64,000 nucleotides of DNA from Terrimicrobiaceae bacterium (GTDB lineage: Bacteria > Verrucomicrobiota > Verrucomicrobiia > Chthoniobacterales > Terrimicrobiaceae), in the NCBI GenBank assembly GCA_044342325.1, contig JBIIPZ010000005.1, positions 34,002-98,001 of the forward strand, in the 5' to 3' direction. Below are positions 37,319 through 47,525 of this stretch, piece by piece. Numbering within the stretch: the first letter of the stretch is position 1; each line of letters begins with the position of its first letter. A program made the translations under genes and the position numbers. The notes under the pieces were generated by a model. The model had not been told where the DNA came from. It saw only the letters and a program-made list of their open reading frames with translations, and searched no databases.

Positions 37319-39151
37319 CTACCTTGTATTTTTACATAAAGGTTTAAAGATTTCTACACTTCGATTTTTGAATGGAATATTAACCTGATCAATTACTTGA
37401 AAGTTGTTACTAAAAGATACACCGCAATGTCCCAACTGGTAATCGACCCGCTCATCTCGATTGGTCCTAAAAACAAAAGCACCTTTGAGTCTGTCAAAAG
37501 GAATACGTTTGAGCGCACGCACGTTTTCCTGATCGCCAGTTTCACCATGATCGTCGAAAAACCATGGTTTCTGTGGCGATACGCCGCCTACAGCGAAAAC
37601 AAGCCCAGGCAACCCATAAAGAGCCAATATATCATCACCTGGTTTAAAATCCGCAGCGGCAAGAGCGGCTTTTGTTTTTTCAATACATTCAGCACTGGCG
37701 GGATCTAAGTTTAGAATCGTAGCTGGCACTCCCAACTCGACAGGAATCGTCTGCGTCCATTTCGAGGCCGTTCGATACGGGGTCAGCACAAAACCTGTGA
37801 TAAATTGAGAAAAACCTAGACCTACAATCAATAGACCGGCAAATGGGAGGATAATGACCCTGCGAAGGCTTTTATCTAAGGAGGCGGCCAGTAGGAGAAT
37901 CGCAGCTGCGAGCGGGGCTACATGCAACAGCGCATTGATAAAAATTTTGTGGGTTGTTCCAGCTGCGGTAACCAATGGCATCAAGGCTAACCAAGCAAGG
38001 AACATGAGACATCCAGCTAATCGATAAGGAGAAATAGTCTGTGCAGTTCCGGGTAATCCCGCGCGCAATGTCAGCAGAACCAAAAAAAGCGATGTATAGC
38101 CAATAAAACTTCTGGAGCGTCCCTGAATTCCTGCGGAGAACGCATCTTTTACTATTAAAAGAACGACCTCAGCTATGAGAACCCCCATAATACTCCAAAA
38201 AACCAGCGATTCCTTGCGATCTGGTGTCTTAACCAAATACCGAGATCTGGCAAAAAAGCCGAGACCCGCCGCGAGAAGTATAGGCAGAACAAATGAACGG
38301 ATATGGCGCATCGCAAAGTCCAAAGACTCCTGCCAGTGGCGTATGATAACTTCTCTTGCTCCATTGCCTTCGGTGAGAGCAACGATGGATCCAAGAAAAA
38401 AATCCCAGCTCACTGAAAGACTTGGTATTAAAAAAAATAAAAAAAGACCGCCTACGAGGACTGAGATAGAAACCACCCCCGCAAAAACAAATTTCTCATT
38501 CAAAGCAATGAGGTTGCAAGCACCAATTAAGATCAAGCTTATCAACGCAATACCCACGGCGCTGGATCCTTTTGCTAAAAAAGCCAGCAGCAGACCCCCG
38601 CCGATAGTAAGAATTCCAATAAATGCTTTAGCAATCGAACGGTGTGCATCGGTGTTGGAAAAGAAAGCCAGAATCCCCCCGCATGAAAGAAGCATCCCGA
38701 TTCCAGCCATGGTGTTGTAATTCGGTGTAGGCGGTAGCCAACAATAAGCGGTCAAAACGGAACCTTGCAACGCAAGATGCAATAAGACTCGTTCCACTTG
38801 ATCCTCAAAGAGCGACCAACTCCGCCCCTTCAAAAACCATGTCAGAGCGAGACTGAAGTAAAATGTGGCTGAGGCTGTTAGAAAGAAGCCAAGCAACCTC
38901 AATGCAATAATATTCCCCCCAACCAGATCGAAGAAGACCGCACCAACGCGGTGATAGGATGTATAGCTGTCCGGAAACTCGTGAGGATTTTGATAAACAA
39001 GCAAATACAGACCTTCATCAGTGAAATCAAAGCCCTTGTTCGAGGACCAAATAAAAACCCCGGCCCCTAAAAGCAGCAAAAACGCCAGAATCAGATTGGT
39101 TGCCTTTAACAATCCCTTTTGAAAAAGAAAATAACTTGAAGATTCGTGCAT
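37319..39151 (-). CDS. Polytopic membrane protein, possible GT-C-type glycan-modifying enzyme
   Basis: Many TM segments; GFDFTDEGLY after the first TM; located in the glycan cluster. Confidence 0.6.
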   Translation of the reverse strand: MHESSSYFLFQKGLLKATNLILAFLLLLGAGVFIWSSNKGFDFTDEGLYLLVYQNPHEFPDSYTSYHRVGAVFFDLVGGNIIALRLLGFFLTASATFYFSLALTWFLKGRSWSLFEDQVERVLLHLALQGSVLTAYCWLPPTPNYNTMAGIGMLLSCGGILAFFSNTDAHRSIAKAFIGILTIGGGLLLAFLAKGSSAVGIALISLILIGACNLIALNEKFVFAGVVSISVLVGGLFLFFLIPSLSVSWDFFLGSIVALTEGNGAREVIIRHWQESLDFAMRHIRSFVLPILLAAGLGFFARSRYLVKTPDRKESLVFWSIMGVLIAEVVLLIVKDAFSAGIQGRSRSFIGYTSLFLVLLTLRAGLPGTAQTISPYRLAGCLMFLAWLALMPLVTAAGTTHKIFINALLHVAPLAAAILLLAASLDKSLRRVIILPFAGLLIVGLGFSQFITGFVLTPYRTASKWTQTIPVELGVPATILNLDPASAECIEKTKAALAAADFKPGDDILALYGLPGLVFAVGGVSPQKPWFFDDHGETGDQENVRALKRIPFDRLKGAFVFRTNRDERVDYQLGHCGVSFSNNFQVIDQVNIPFKNRSVEIFKPLCKNTR

Positions 39152-39295
39152 TTTAGCAATATCACATCAAAGGAAAGCTCTTAACTCCGAAATCGGCGCC
39201 CTGAACCAAGTTGTCAGTCACGACCTCGGATTTTTATTCCTCCGAACATGAACAGCTGATAAGCATTTTTCCAGAAAAAACAGCCTCCGCCCTAA

Positions 39296-40102
39296 TTGAA
39301 ATTCGCTTACATCGTTTCACTACCACACTCCGGCTCAACCATTCTGAGCTATAACCTCTCCGAGCATCCGGATATCGTTTTTTTGGGTGAGATCGGATAC
39401 GCTCTCCAGAGGTTGCACGAATCAAAAAGCCTGACATCTCCGGTGCCGTGCAGCTGTGGAAAACCGGCCGCGCAGTGTGATTTTTGGAGCTCCGTCGTGG
39501 AGCGCTTGCCGGCACGATTCGATGAGCAAGCGGGCTACGAGATTGTCATCGAGGAATTCCAGAAGAAGTTCGGTGAGTCTAAATGGCTCCTGGACTCCAA
39601 CAAAATAGTGGAGCCACTTTATTTTTTACGCGCACGGGCCGATCTGGAAATCCGAGGCATTCACACGACAAGGGATTTCCGTGGCGCGGTGGTCTCGGAG
39701 GCGCGCAGGAAAAAGAAGAAACGGCCTGGCCGTCCGGAATGGATCACGGCCATACAGGCGGGGTTTCAATGGATGCGAAAAAACCGAGCGATTCAGCGTT
39801 CATTCGGCGAGCTGAATTTGGATGGCATGTGCAGGACCAGTTACGAGAAACTTTGCAAGGATCCAGCAGGCGAGGTCGAAAAAATCTGGCGCTTTCTGGG
39901 CATGAGTCCCCGCTCCTTTGAGGGACTGGCCTCGGCTCAAAATGCACACCTGCTTGCCGGAAACACGCTCAAATCGAGTGGTGGCACACGAACGCCAACC
40001 TATGATTCCCGCTGGAAGTCGAGCTGGATTTGGTGGCCGTGTGTTTTATTGATGCCCATCCTTCCGCTTCTCAACAAGCGCTGGGTGTATAGCCGCGATT
40101 AA
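39296..40102 (+). CDS. Sulfotransferase family protein
   Basis: [14 protein letters not shown] loop, CSCG...[18 protein letters not shown]. Confidence 0.85.
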   Translation: MKFAYIVSLPHSGSTILSYNLSEHPDIVFLGEIGYALQRLHESKSLTSPVPCSCGKPAAQCDFWSSVVERLPARFDEQAGYEIVIEEFQKKFGESKWLLDSNKIVEPLYFLRARADLEIRGIHTTRDFRGAVVSEARRKKKKRPGRPEWITAIQAGFQWMRKNRAIQRSFGELNLDGMCRTSYEKLCKDPAGEVEKIWRFLGMSPRSFEGLASAQNAHLLAGNTLKSSGGTRTPTYDSRWKSSWIWWPCVLLMPILPLLNKRWVYSRD

Positions 40103-41304
40103 TCCTTCAACAAAATGTCCGCCGCTTGGCTCACATCCTTGTCACCACGCCCACTGAGGTTGGCGATGAGGATGGCTTCCTTCGCCATCGTTGGGGCGAC
40201 TTTGATGATATGCGCGATGGCGTGAGCGGTTTCGAGTGCGGGGATGATGCCTTCGATTTCGGCGAGGCCACGGAAGGCAGCGAGGGCTTCGGCATCGGTG
40301 GCGAAGTCGTAGTCGATGCGGCCGGAGTCGCGGTAGTAGCTGTGCTCGGGCCCGATGGCGGCGTAATCGAGGCCGGCGGAGACGGAGTGGGTCAGCTCGA
40401 TCTGGCCGTCAGCGTCGGCGAGAAGCCAAGTTTTGGTGCCTTGGAGGACTCCAAGTTTTCCGCCTTGGAAGCGTGCGGCGTGTCTTCCTCGCACGATGCC
40501 GTCGCCGCCGGCTTCGACGCCGGTGAGCTTCACGGATTCATCTTGGAGAAACGGATAAAAGAAGCCGATCGCATTGCTACCACCACCCACGCAAGCGACA
40601 AGAAGGTCCGGCAGGCGTTCCTCGCGCTGGAGGATTTGGCGGCGGGTTTCATCGCCGATGACGCGGTGAAAATCCCGGACGATCATGGGATACGGATGCG
40701 AGCCAAGCGCGCTACCCAGGATGTAGTGGGTGTTGCGGACATTGGTAACCCAGTCGCGCATGGCTTCGTTGATCGCCTCCTTGAGCGTGGCCTGGCCTGC
40801 GGTGACGCCGACGACTTTGGCTCCGAGAAAACGCATGCGGGCGACATTGAGGGCTTGGCGTTCCATGTCCACCGCGCCCATGTAAATCGTGCACTCGAAT
40901 CCAAATCGCGCAGCGGCAGTGGCCGTGGCGACGCCATGCTGGCCGGCGCCGGTTTCCGCAATGATGCGGTTTTTGCCCATGCGGCGGGCGAGCAAGATCT
41001 GGCCGATGGCGTTGTTGATCTTGTGGGCGCCGGTGTGGAGAAGGTCCTCGCGCTTGAGGTAGATTTTCGCCCCGCCGAGCTTCTGCGTGAGCCGCTCGGC
41101 GAAGTAGAGCGGCGTGGGACGGCCACAAAAATCACCCAGCAACGCGGCGAGTTCCTTTCGAAATTCCGGATCCTTCCGCGCGGCATGGTATTCGTTTTCC
41201 AATTCGCGCAGGGCGGTCATCAGCGTCTCGGGGACAAACATCCCGCCGTATTGGCCGAAGTGGCCTCCGGAATCGGGCAGGGCGGCGTCTGTGGCAGTGC
41301 TCAT
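40099..41304 (-). CDS. trpB: Tryptophan synthase beta chain
   Basis: [39 protein letters not shown]. Confidence 0.98.
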   Translation of the reverse strand: MSTATDAALPDSGGHFGQYGGMFVPETLMTALRELENEYHAARKDPEFRKELAALLGDFCGRPTPLYFAERLTQKLGGAKIYLKREDLLHTGAHKINNAIGQILLARRMGKNRIIAETGAGQHGVATATAAARFGFECTIYMGAVDMERQALNVARMRFLGAKVVGVTAGQATLKEAINEAMRDWVTNVRNTHYILGSALGSHPYPMIVRDFHRVIGDETRRQILQREERLPDLLVACVGGGSNAIGFFYPFLQDESVKLTGVEAGGDGIVRGRHAARFQGGKLGVLQGTKTWLLADADGQIELTHSVSAGLDYAAIGPEHSYYRDSGRIDYDFATDAEALAAFRGLAEIEGIIPALETAHAIAHIIKVAPTMAKEAILIANLSGRGDKDVSQAADILLKD

Positions 41305-41349
41305 ACTCGCATTGTGGATGTTTTTGGCCTGCGGTGCAACACGCGCCCT

Positions 41350-43068
41350 TCAGATGCGCCCGGTCGCCTGTAAGGCGGCCGAGGTCGTTTGGATTTCGTT
41401 TTTGAAAAGCTTGGACCAATCCTTGATGCAGCCCGGCACGCGGCAGGTCCAATTCTGGTCACCGACGGCCCCCGGCACATTGAAGCGCTCGCGCAGGGCA
41501 AAAACATCCGTGATCTGGTGAACAGCTAGCCAGGAATTGCAGGCGAAGAGGCCCTTAATGAGTGCATCGTGGATTTCAGGCGTGTAGGCACAGGGCACTT
41601 CGATATCCGCACGGCCGGAGAAATCGAGCAACTCTCGCATCTCGGCGACAACACGCTCCCGCGCTTCTGGATTCTTCGCCATCTCATTCCAATCGTCCCA
41701 GAATTGCCTGACCGGCGGGTGATCGTGCGTCGCAAATGTGGCGAGGCTCAGGCGGGCATAATCGGCGCCGGAAATCATCGCCCCGTTTTCTCCGCGCTCC
41801 CACTGCGGGATTTTAAAACCGGGTATGTCGAGCGCCTCCAAGGTCGGCCTGACATAAGGCGAAAGCTCGCCGAGATCCTCCGCGATGAGGCGATGAGGCC
41901 CAGTCTCCTCGAGAATCATGCGGAAAAGCATCTCGCCCTGTCGGCGATTGTATTCACGATTCTCCGGCGTGCTGTCATCAAAGGGCACAAAGCCTGGCAA
42001 CAAGCCGCCGGTGATTTCCTTCGCCTGCTCGGGCGTGAGGTCGAGGAATCGCGCATTGTCTTGGGGACGCCAAGGGAAGCTGTAGATGCGAAAAAATCCC
42101 AGCGCATGGTCCACACGCAACAGGTGAAAAACGGCACGCGTCACCTCAAGTCGCCGACGCCACCATGCAAAATTATCCCTCGCCATCGCCTGCCAGTTAT
42201 AGAGCGGGAAACCCCAATTCTGCCCCCACTTCTCCGTGAAGGGGTCGCTCTTGAAAACCTTCTCCGGCGGGGCACCGCTCGAGCGCTGGATGTCGAAAAT
42301 CTCTGGCTCCGCCCACACATCCGCGCTGTAGAGGCTCACGCCGACCGGAATGTCACCCATCAGAGCCATGCCAAGCTTATCAAATTCGCTGCGCACGGTC
42401 CGCCACTGCGAATGCGCCACCCATTGAACATAGCTGAAAAAATCAACCTTCTCGTGGAAAAGCTCCGCCTGCTTCTCATCCAACGCGGCCAACCACTCGT
42501 GCACGGCCTCTGGGCTGCGGTGCTCTTCAGGCCAGTTGCTGGTGACTTCATCGTTGTTGTTCCAAGCAATCAGAGCGCGGAAGAACGCATAGGGTTCCAG
42601 CCACTCGCTTTCGGCATCTTGGAAGGCCTCGAACTCTGCGCGCCGCGCCCGGCTTCCCTTCACACTCCGGAAATTTTTGTGCCCCAGCGCGAGCAATTCT
42701 CGCTTGAGCGCCTTGACGGCACCGTAGCGCACAAGACCCTCGCGCAGCGCGGCGACATCATGTTTTTCTGTAACATGTGAAAAATCCTTCTCGGCGATAT
42801 CCGGCAGCCATTGCGGGCTCACGGACAGCGTGACAGGCTCGTAGGCGATCGAACTGATGATATTGTAGGGACTGTGGTCGGACCCCGTTTCGTTGACGGG
42901 TAAAATTTGAATCAGCCGGAAACCTTTTTCCGAAGCCCATGACGCAAGCTCGACTAGAGTTTCCGTGTCACCGATGCCGATATCATTCGACCCCCGAATG
43001 GCACTCAGAGGAGTGAGGATTCCTCCGATTTTTTGTTCCGGCGAAAGGGTGGAAGCGGTGGATGTCAT
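41350..43068 (-). CDS. malQ: 4-alpha-glucanotransferase (GH77)
   Basis: QILPVN, GAPPE, GQNWGFP, RVDHALGF, AEDLG, THDH. Confidence 0.93.
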   Translation of the reverse strand: MTSTASTLSPEQKIGGILTPLSAIRGSNDIGIGDTETLVELASWASEKGFRLIQILPVNETGSDHSPYNIISSIAYEPVTLSVSPQWLPDIAEKDFSHVTEKHDVAALREGLVRYGAVKALKRELLALGHKNFRSVKGSRARRAEFEAFQDAESEWLEPYAFFRALIAWNNNDEVTSNWPEEHRSPEAVHEWLAALDEKQAELFHEKVDFFSYVQWVAHSQWRTVRSEFDKLGMALMGDIPVGVSLYSADVWAEPEIFDIQRSSGAPPEKVFKSDPFTEKWGQNWGFPLYNWQAMARDNFAWWRRRLEVTRAVFHLLRVDHALGFFRIYSFPWRPQDNARFLDLTPEQAKEITGGLLPGFVPFDDSTPENREYNRRQGEMLFRMILEETGPHRLIAEDLGELSPYVRPTLEALDIPGFKIPQWERGENGAMISGADYARLSLATFATHDHPPVRQFWDDWNEMAKNPEARERVVAEMRELLDFSGRADIEVPCAYTPEIHDALIKGLFACNSWLAVHQITDVFALRERFNVPGAVGDQNWTCRVPGCIKDWSKLFKNEIQTTSAALQATGRI

Positions 43069-43868
43069 AGAGTATCTGGTTTGGAGTTGTCCGTGTCCTG
43101 CATGCAGCGCGCCTCCAAGGCCTCGCGTGTGAGAACATGCCGCGCACCGCATCGCGGACAGGTGACCTTTAGCGAGGCGTCGCTGCCAAAAAGCCCGTCC
43201 GCCTCGCGCCGAAAAACAGGTGCAATAAAATCCAACAGCCGCTCCTGATTGCAACCGCAGGAGAATGTGAACTGCCGTTTCTCTAAGAGCGATAACTCGA
43301 CACTCTGATCCAATGTCCGGACACCCTCCGTCGTAAGGCCCCGCAGCCACTCCAGATCGCAATCCGGTTGCGCGGCGACCATCACGATATCTTCCTCATC
43401 ATGCCGGAAAAACCTCACGGGACGCTGCTCGCTCCGTTCGTAGAAAATCTCCACCGCGTCAAAAACCGAGCCAGCCTCGAAATCCACCGCACTCCGCCGT
43501 GGCGGCTTCAAATCCTCCACGACATCCGAGTAAAATATCCCCTTCTCGATGGGCCCGGCGTCCTCCGTGACCACTCGCGCCACGACCGTGCCAGTATTGT
43601 TGTCGCCGGCCGCAAAAATATTCGCTCGCGGGTTTGGAAATTTGATCGTCCACGCACAGGCCTCCCGCCAAGGACGGCTCGCGCAGTGAAGCGTCACAGC
43701 AGCCAGCGCATCACGCCCGAGATCCTCGACTTCGGATGGTATTTCGATGCCGTAATCCAGCCGGTGCAAATACCAGGAGGCATAAAGCTCCGAGAAATCC
43801 GCCCGCGCCACGAGAGCGTTCTTTCCCCTGGCAAAATAGGTGCGGACCTCAATGTCGGATTCGTTCAT
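43065..43868 (-). CDS. hslO: Hsp33 redox-regulated chaperone
   Basis: ERSEQ; C-terminal CGC...CPRC zinc motif. Confidence 0.82.
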   Translation of the reverse strand: MNESDIEVRTYFARGKNALVARADFSELYASWYLHRLDYGIEIPSEVEDLGRDALAAVTLHCASRPWREACAWTIKFPNPRANIFAAGDNNTGTVVARVVTEDAGPIEKGIFYSDVVEDLKPPRRSAVDFEAGSVFDAVEIFYERSEQRPVRFFRHDEEDIVMVAAQPDCDLEWLRGLTTEGVRTLDQSVELSLLEKRQFTFSCGCNQERLLDFIAPVFRREADGLFGSDASLKVTCPRCGARHVLTREALEARCMQDTDNSKPDTL

Positions 43869-43918
43869 TCGGCTCGAAAACCAACCATTCTGGTATTGTC
43901 CGCGATCTCCCGCGGGCC

Positions 43919-45163
43919 TTAGCCAACGGCCTTGAGAAGAATCGTGGCGTTGTGGCCGCCGAATCCAAAGGAATTGCTCATCACGCAAGTGAGCTTCGCC
44001 TCGCGCGCAACATTCGGCACGCAGTCGAGGTCGCACTCGGGGTCGGGATTTTCGAGATTGATGGTTGGCGGAATGAGACCGTTTTTTATGGCCAGCGCGC
44101 TGGCAGCCAATTCCACCCCGCCGGCTGCTCCAAGCAGGTGGCCGGTGGTGGATTTTGTCGCACTCACAGCGACTTTGCGCGCATGGTCACCAAGCGCGAG
44201 CTTGATGGCGCGCGTCTCGCAGATGTCGCCAAGGCCAGTGGATGTCGCATGGGCGTTGATGTAATCGACCTGGTCGGGCGTCACCTTCGCATGGCGCATG
44301 GCGATGGTCATCGCACGCGCTGCGCCCTCGCCCTCGGGCATGGGAGCAGTCATGTGATACGCATCCGCCGTGCAACCGTAGCCGGCGAGTTCGCAGTAAA
44401 TTTTGGCTCCGCGATTTTTCGCGTGCTCATATTCCTCGAGCACCACGATCCCCGCGCCTTCGCTCATGACAAAGCCGTCGCGGTCCTTGTCAAACGGACG
44501 ACAGGCCTTCTGCGGGTCATCATTCCGGCAGCTCAGCGCCTTCATGGAAGCGAAACCAGCAATACCAAGTGGCGTGATTGTCGCCTCGGCGCCGCCGGCA
44601 ATAAAGGCATCTGCGTCGCCGAATTTGATGATACGCCACGCCTCGCCAAGCGAGTTGTTCGCCGTCGCACAGGCGGTGACAATGCACATGTTCGGCCCGC
44701 GCAGGTCGTATTCCATCGATACCATGCCACTGGCCATGTTCGAAATCATCATCGCAATCGTAAATGGCGACACACGCGAAGGACCGCGATTCGCGAGACG
44801 GTGAGCCTCCTCCTCCATGCTGTAGAGCCCTCCGATGCCGCTGCCGATCATCACGCCAAATCGAGTGCGGTCCACGGTTTCAAGGTCGATACCGGAGTCT
44901 TCGAGGGCCATCTTGGTCCCGGCCATGGCAAACTGCGTGAAGCGGTCGGTGCGCTTCACGGTCTTGGGATTTTTGAAATACTTCACCGCCTCGAAGTTCT
45001 TCACTTCGCCGGCAATCTTGCAGTCATAGGCTGTCGAATCGAAGGCTTCGAAGCGCCCTATGCCGCTGCATCCTTTGATAAGGGATTCCCAGAATGTTTC
45101 CAGATCGTTTCCAACCGGGCTTACAACGCCCATGCCGGTCACGACGACTCGTCGTTCGCTCAT
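43919..45163 (-). CDS. fabF: 3-oxoacyl-ACP synthase II
   Basis: VTACAT, NAHATST, GHLLGAAG, SNSFGFGGHN. Confidence 0.97.
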   Translation of the reverse strand: MSERRVVVTGMGVVSPVGNDLETFWESLIKGCSGIGRFEAFDSTAYDCKIAGEVKNFEAVKYFKNPKTVKRTDRFTQFAMAGTKMALEDSGIDLETVDRTRFGVMIGSGIGGLYSMEEEAHRLANRGPSRVSPFTIAMMISNMASGMVSMEYDLRGPNMCIVTACATANNSLGEAWRIIKFGDADAFIAGGAEATITPLGIAGFASMKALSCRNDDPQKACRPFDKDRDGFVMSEGAGIVVLEEYEHAKNRGAKIYCELAGYGCTADAYHMTAPMPEGEGAARAMTIAMRHAKVTPDQVDYINAHATSTGLGDICETRAIKLALGDHARKVAVSATKSTTGHLLGAAGGVELAASALAIKNGLIPPTINLENPDPECDLDCVPNVAREAKLTCVMSNSFGFGGHNATILLKAVG

Positions 45164-45277
45164 GTTTTAAAAAATGTTAGGGGACGCCTCGATTGCGTCC
45201 TCATCACTTGTGCGGATGTGCCCGCGCGTTGGCAATGAATTTTTCCCCAATCAGCACAAATTTTCGGCATGGTGCGG

Positions 45278-45640
45278 TCAGGAAATGCGGAATTTGATTT
45301 CCCGGATCGCTTTTTTTCCGAAGCGCTCCTGGAGCTTGGCGAGGATTTCCCTCTTCCAGTTTCTTTCAAGTTCATAGCGTAGGCTGGGCTGGAGAACATG
45401 GATTCCAAGCACACCGCCGCTCAAGCCCGCCGGAGCAGCATGTTGAGCGATGAAATCACCCACCACATCCTTCCAAGCCGCGCGGACCTCGCTCTCGTTC
45501 AAACGCTCGCCCAAACCCAGCTTCGGCATGAGCTTTTGCAGCACATCGCCGACCGCCGCGCAGCGGTCCTTCCGCTCGAAGGGTTCCTGCAGCCCACGCC
45601 ACTCGGCGATGACTTTGGCTCTGAGAGATTCTGCAGACAT
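45278..45640 (-). CDS. DUF721/DciA-family protein
   Basis: AWKDVVGDFIAQHAAP...L-I-V...ILAKLQERFG...IREIKF. Confidence 0.8.
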   Translation of the reverse strand: MSAESLRAKVIAEWRGLQEPFERKDRCAAVGDVLQKLMPKLGLGERLNESEVRAAWKDVVGDFIAQHAAPAGLSGGVLGIHVLQPSLRYELERNWKREILAKLQERFGKKAIREIKFRIS

Positions 45641-45677
45641 AAAAAAGGCTCCCGGTTTGCAGCCGGGAGCCTGTTTT
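45641..45677. terminator. Intrinsic terminator, possibly bidirectional
   Basis: AAAAAAGGCTCCCGG-tttgcag-CCGGGAGCCTGTTTT downstream of the ferredoxin gene. Confidence 0.75.
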
Positions 45678-45690
45678 AAAAGTTTAGATG

Positions 45691-45921
45691 CTAACCGTCG
45701 TTTCCGATGGCCTCGACCGGGCAGCCATCCATCGCTTCTTGGGAGAGAGCCTCCTCCTCGGGAGTCTCCGGCTGTTTGTAGACATAGCTGTGACCGCCAT
45801 CGTCATTGCGCTTGAAATTCGCCGGAGCGGTTTCGCGGCACAAATCGCAGTCGATGCACTGGTCATCCACGAAAAATTTTCCCTCAACGTTGTCGCTGTA
45901 TTTGTTTGCTACGTCTGCCAT
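45691..45921 (-). CDS. Ferredoxin (single Fe-S cluster)
   Basis: CIDCDLC...CPVEAIG. Confidence 0.92.
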   Translation of the reverse strand: MADVANKYSDNVEGKFFVDDQCIDCDLCRETAPANFKRNDDGGHSYVYKQPETPEEEALSQEAMDGCPVEAIGNDG

Positions 45922-46016
45922 ATTAATTTGATGAATTGAGATCGCAAATTGGTTGCGCGCCCACCGGATTGCAACCGTTTTTTGAGCCTGATCAAAAATT
46001 TTTCCAAATCCTGAAA

Positions 46017-46835
46017 ATGCAGACACCACCTGAAATCCTGCCCACCGAGGGCCGCCATGTCCTCCATCTCTTCTTCCGCGTGGAGTATTCCGCTTGGGAA
46101 CTCCTCAACAAATCCGCTCGCATCGCAGCGAAGACCGCCCTTGCCGAACTCGTCCGCGAAATCCGCGCGACCCCCGGCACCCAGCTCCTCCTCTTCAGCA
46201 TGGTCACGCCAAAGGCCGATCTCGGCTTCATGCTGCTCACACCCGATCTGCAAAATGCAGACGCCTTCGCGAAGCGTCTAGCGACTGCCCTCGGGCCGGA
46301 CATCCTCACGCCGACCTTCAGCTGGCTTTCAATGACCGAGCGCAGCGAATACACGACCAGCGACCAAGAATACGCCGCCACACTCGAGACCGAGGAAAAG
46401 CTCGCTCCCGGCACGCCGGCCTTCGACGAGAAGATGCAGGCCTTCAGCGCCCGCATGGCGAAGTATCTCAAGGACCGCCTCGAGCCGAACCTTCCCGACT
46501 GGCCTGTCGTCTGCCTTTATCCGATGTCGAAACGCCGCGCCCCAGGCCAGAACTGGTATGCGCTCGATTTCGATGCCCGCAAAAAACTCATGGCAGGCCA
46601 TGCCCGCGTCGGCCGCACCTACTCGGGCCGCATTCTCCAACTCATCACCGGATCGACCGGCCTCGACGACGAGGAGTGGTTCGTGACCCTCTTTGCGAAG
46701 ACGACCTCGGACATCAAAGCGATCGTCTATGAAATGCGCTTCGACGAGGTGAGCGCACAATACGCCGAGTTCGGGGAGTTCTTCATCGGGCTCCAGCTGC
46801 CACTCGACGCGCTCTACGAAAGGCTCTGCCTCTGA
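46017..46835 (+). CDS. Chlorite dismutase-like heme protein, probable coproheme decarboxylase (ChdC/HemQ)
   Basis: LYPMSKRR, NWY, MAGHARVGR, ITGSTGLDDEEW, MRFDEVSAQYAEFG. Confidence 0.82.
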   Translation: MQTPPEILPTEGRHVLHLFFRVEYSAWELLNKSARIAAKTALAELVREIRATPGTQLLLFSMVTPKADLGFMLLTPDLQNADAFAKRLATALGPDILTPTFSWLSMTERSEYTTSDQEYAATLETEEKLAPGTPAFDEKMQAFSARMAKYLKDRLEPNLPDWPVVCLYPMSKRRAPGQNWYALDFDARKKLMAGHARVGRTYSGRILQLITGSTGLDDEEWFVTLFAKTTSDIKAIVYEMRFDEVSAQYAEFGEFFIGLQLPLDALYERLCL

Positions 46836-46850
46836 TCGCGGCCGACGCCT

Positions 46851-47525
46851 GTGCGCTTCATTGTCAAATTTTCGCTGGCCGTCTTCATCGCACTCGGCGG
46901 GTATTTGTTCTGGCCGCGAAGCAGCTCGCTTTCTTCGTTTGATGCCGCTTCGATGGCGGAGTTGCAAGTAGGCATCTGGCGACACGCGGCAGCGGGCAAG
47001 GAAACACAAGCCCTCTTCGATCTCTACAGCATCTTCGAAGGCCAATACCGCATCCCTCCTCTCCCCGCGCTGTCGGCAGCCATGAGCATACTCCAAGCCC
47101 GGCGCGCGTTTGCCGACGCTGCGGATCAAGCCGACGAGGAGCAAGCCCTGCCATTTTTAGAGAACACCTTTTCCATCCTCGCCAAAAAAACCGCCTCAAA
47201 CCTTGATCCACATATCCTCGCGAGACTCGAGCTCTTCACATGGTCACTCGCACGCGACCGCTCGAAGGAACGCCAACTAGCCGCAGCCATCTCCGAAAAA
47301 CTCGCTCTGCTCCACGGCGGCGCGGCAAAGGATTATCAAGCCGCCGCCTCGGACTTTGCACATGCCAGGCGTCTCGCAGTCGCGAAAAACTGGAGCGCGG
47401 CGAGCGATGCCGAAACCGCCGCATGGCAAAAGCTACGCCGCCAACTTGACTCCCGCAGCCAACAACCAGCAGATCACCGCGCGGCAGATCCCTCCGCCGG
47501 ATCAAGCCGCAGTAGCCAGTTGTAA
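46851..47525 (+). CDS. Hypothetical membrane-anchored protein
   Basis: N-terminal TM and helical body; follows the ChdC-like gene by 15 bp. Confidence 0.65.
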   Translation: MRFIVKFSLAVFIALGGYLFWPRSSSLSSFDAASMAELQVGIWRHAAAGKETQALFDLYSIFEGQYRIPPLPALSAAMSILQARRAFADAADQADEEQALPFLENTFSILAKKTASNLDPHILARLELFTWSLARDRSKERQLAAAISEKLALLHGGAAKDYQAAASDFAHARRLAVAKNWSAASDAETAAWQKLRRQLDSRSQQPADHRAADPSAGSSRSSQL

